Shown here: piece after piece, positions 59,361 to 64,000 of the stretch | Layout: every line of letters begins with the position of its first letter | Numbering within the stretch: the stretch's first letter is position 1 | Assembly: GCF_009914755.1 (NCBI RefSeq) | Contig: NC_060929.1 | DNA: 64,000 nt | Source: the human T2T-CHM13v2.0 reference genome, Homo sapiens | Strand: one strand, 5' to 3' | Position numbers and translations under genes: made by a program | The notes under the pieces: generated by a model | Databases searched by the model: none | What the model was told of the DNA's origin: nothing | The model's input: only the letters and a program-made list of their open reading frames with translations

Positions 59361-60417
59361 TGATATTGAAATAAGGTCACTTTCATTTGTTTCCTCCTTT
59401 TATTCCAGTGGTGATTAAAACTGAAATCACTTTTCCAGGGATTGGTACATAAAAGCCCCAAGGACTAATCACTGATACTAAGCAACACTGACCTCAGGGC
59501 GATAGGTTTCCCGGTTATCCTTGATATATGTTGACAATATGCATCTAACCATTCACTAGATGCCTGGAAATGTTAATGCAAAATTAGCATCACTTAACAA
59601 CGGTACTTGTTTAGGGGTTGTTTTTAAAATTTTTGAGCTGGTCTACTTGTTTCTTATCTCTAAGCTGTCTTTTGGTTTGCTTGCGGGAATGCAATTGCTA
59701 GTACTGGGTAAAAGGAGGTCATTGTAGGGCACAGTGAAGTCATTATTTATGAGTTAGTGGAATTTTCAATGGTTTCCTGGAGCAAATAGATGTTTATATG
59801 TCTGATATTTTGAGCATATCTGACAGAGGCTGTAAATAATATTGTATCTTACACATCTGACTTTTGTGGTTGACATCTACGGGGCCCTTTCCCACACTTA
59901 CCATAGAACAATATGCAGAGACCTAACAGGAACAGCCAGGCTCCCTGGATTAAGCTACTCCACTTCTATCTTCATAGAGAGGAAATTGTACGATGCAAAG
60001 CTTCTTACTTAAACCACCATTCAGACCAAGGAGAAAGGTGTCAATAAGGTCAATGCTATAGTCAGGATCTGAACTGAAAGCTGAATAAACAAAATTAATA
60101 TCCTGAGCCAAATCAAAACATTATTTTTATTTTGTTTTATTTTACTAGATCTTAGTTACTTTTTATTCTTAAACTAAAAACGCATTCAGTGGAATCATAT
60201 AAACTCAAAATTGGGTCGTCAAACATTTTTTTTCCCCTAGAAATGTTTGAATTGGAATAAAATCAAAGTATTCAAATGTTTCTTAAATAGAGCTTGTAGA
60301 GTTGTTTTATGTGAAATCTTGGTTATAACTGAAGACAAATGTCCCTTTGGAAATTTACATTTCTCTGGGGTTCAGCTGCTTACCTGTTTGTGAGTATCAT
60401 CAAGAATGAAAGAGTAG

Positions 60418-60877
<460 letters not shown>

Positions 60878-61208
60878 TCATTCTCCAGAGAAGTTTCAAG
60901 TCCTCCCCCGCCCCCACTTCCCGCCTACCACCAACCTCAGCCGGAGAGGGGTTTCTAAGAGATGACCATCAGGAGAGACTCACCTGGGAGTAAAGAAGGT
61001 GTCTCAGGAGCAAGCTGCAATAGTGCATATCTATCTCCTGAACACCAAATAGGAACCAATATCATCTTAAAATGAATCTTGCCCAAGAAAACTTTCAGAA
61101 CAGAGAAAGGGCCCCAACAGAAGCACGAATAGTCAGAATCTAGGGACTAGTGGGAGACGTAAGCTGCCAGCCAGAGAGGAATTGTTCCCAGCATGGGTGA
61201 TTGAGTGA

Positions 61209-61840
<632 letters not shown>

Positions 61841-61868
61841 AAGATGCTTTTTAAGAAGTCCCATTGGA

Positions 61869-62161
61869 GGCCAGGCATGGTGGCTCACGCCTGTAATCCC
61901 AGCATTTTGAGAGGCCGAGGCGGGTGGATCATTTGAGGTCAACAGTTCAAGACCAGCCTGGCCAATATGGTGAAACCCTATCTCTACTAAAAATACAAAA
62001 AAAATTAGCCGGGTGTGGTGGCCACACTGTAATCCCAGCTACTAGGGAGGCTCAGGCAGGAGAATCGCTTGAACCTGGGAGGCAGAGGTTGCGGTGAGCC
62101 AAGACTGCGCCACTGCACTGCAGCCTGGGTGACAGAGTGAGACTCCATCTCAAAAAAAAAA
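61869..62161 (+). mobile_element. AluS SINE
   Basis: TSD aagaagtcccattggag. Confidence 0.93.
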
Positions 62162-62435
62162 GAAGTCCCATTGGAGAAAGAGGCAGCATTGCTGTGCCTG
62201 GCACCTGCAGGGCACTGAGGCCAGAGCGCAACTCTACTGGCCTTGCGAGACTACACCCTTCTCCCTCTTCCCCTTGCTCCTTGGGTCTGACCCTGAGGGT
62301 CTAAAACATTTGCTTGCGAGTTGGAGAGGAGGTGGATGGGGAGAGAAGAAGCCAATGATACCTAGTCCTCCACTGCAGGGCTCCAAGCCTGAAGCAAACC
62401 TGAGCTAGAAGTTAAGAGAATAAGATAAGAGAATA

Positions 62436-62910
<475 letters not shown>

Positions 62911-64000
62911 CAGTCAAGAATCAAGAACCCTCTGGCTCAGGGAAGGCACTAAGGATACTAGTTGGCTCATTGCTTCTGCAGGACATACAAGAATGATTGC
63001 TTTTTAAAAAAAATTAGACTGGGGTACCTGCCAGCCTAAATAACTGCAGTGCTTGACCAAGAGCCAAGCCTAGAAGGCCAAAGACAGAGTTCAAAGATTG
63101 CCCTTGTTTTAGACAAGATGATTTCTATTCGCCTTCAGAGAACATTTAGGTCCTACCCTGTCCAGGGATTTAGGCTTGCAGGCTTCTCAGATGCCAGTCT
63201 TTTCATGGAGCCGTGGCTCTGCATACCTTGGTTTTTCTCCCACCCCCATGGCAGGGGAGAATCCAGAAGGATCTTTCAAGCACCTTTAGGGAGGAAAACA
63301 GAGAAGGCAATAGCCACGCCGCATTCATCATCTCCTTTTCTTCTGAGTTCTCCATTTAATAGCATCAAATTGCCTTTCCCCTACTGTTCATAAACCATTT
63401 CCATGTGTATTATTATAATGATCGGCAGGATGTGGGAAGAGAGAGACATCTTCCAGTACAGCCTGGCAAGCATTCTGTGGTTGACAGAGCACCAAAGATC
63501 CTTATAGGTCCCCTTTCCACACCCTTTCTCCTCCTGTGTTCCCAGTGGTCACAGCTCCCAGTAACAGCAGTGACTCAGTGGTTCAAACATCAAAGTAAAG
63601 AGGCAATTGTCTGGAGTTGAAAGTGGATATTTAGGCAAACACTGAGAGCAGTGAGGAGTGTGTGGAACTTGGCCTGGAGAAATCCCCTGGGTGATATGCA
63701 TGGATAGAACCCAAAGTTCAGCCTGTCACTGACCTCTCTGCAACTAAGAGACTGAAGGAGAAGATGGCTGCAACACAGAGATCTCTGCTTCAGTCCTGGG
63801 GATCCCCACTGACAGTTTCGGGTTGACTCCACTAAGAGACACACTGTAGACCAGCTCTGGGCTAACATGCCTCCTCAGCCTCCAAGAGTGCAGATTCCTC
63901 CCTCACTAGCCCAGGTTGCTTGTCTCTAAGAATTCCAAAGAGGTGTGTCAGCTCTACAACAAAGCCAATAACCACTCTGTTTTGCTGAGATTCTCCTTTA

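Overview
Hominid, most likely human, non-coding genomic DNA: it contains two near-consensus AluYa5 elements and an SVA. I recognise no protein-coding gene, tRNA or rRNA. Most listed ORFs are translations of Alu, LTR, SVA or L1 sequence. The window is very rich in transposable elements: about 70 Alu copies or fragments by my count, a solo LTR12C (ERV9) inside an AluJ, an antisense SVA, several ERV1 and MaLR solo LTRs (MER50 x2, MER4A, MLT1/MST), L1M/L2/MIR fossils and DNA-transposon fossils (MER2, MER3, MER8, MER45A, MER58B). The most interesting signals are scars of how insertions and repairs happened. These are an SVA whose target-site duplication (TSD) encloses about 120 bp of extra 5' sequence (probable 5' transduction), a young AluYa5 with no TSD that seems to replace the left arm of an old Alu, a chain of fold-back palindromes, a 26-bp copy shared by two unrelated fossils, repeated reuse of single insertion sites, and a four-level TE nest. 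A possible LTR12C-driven spliced lncRNA is a hypothesis only. Subfamily names come from recalled consensus sequences, not from a database search. I found no convincing new multi-gene system.
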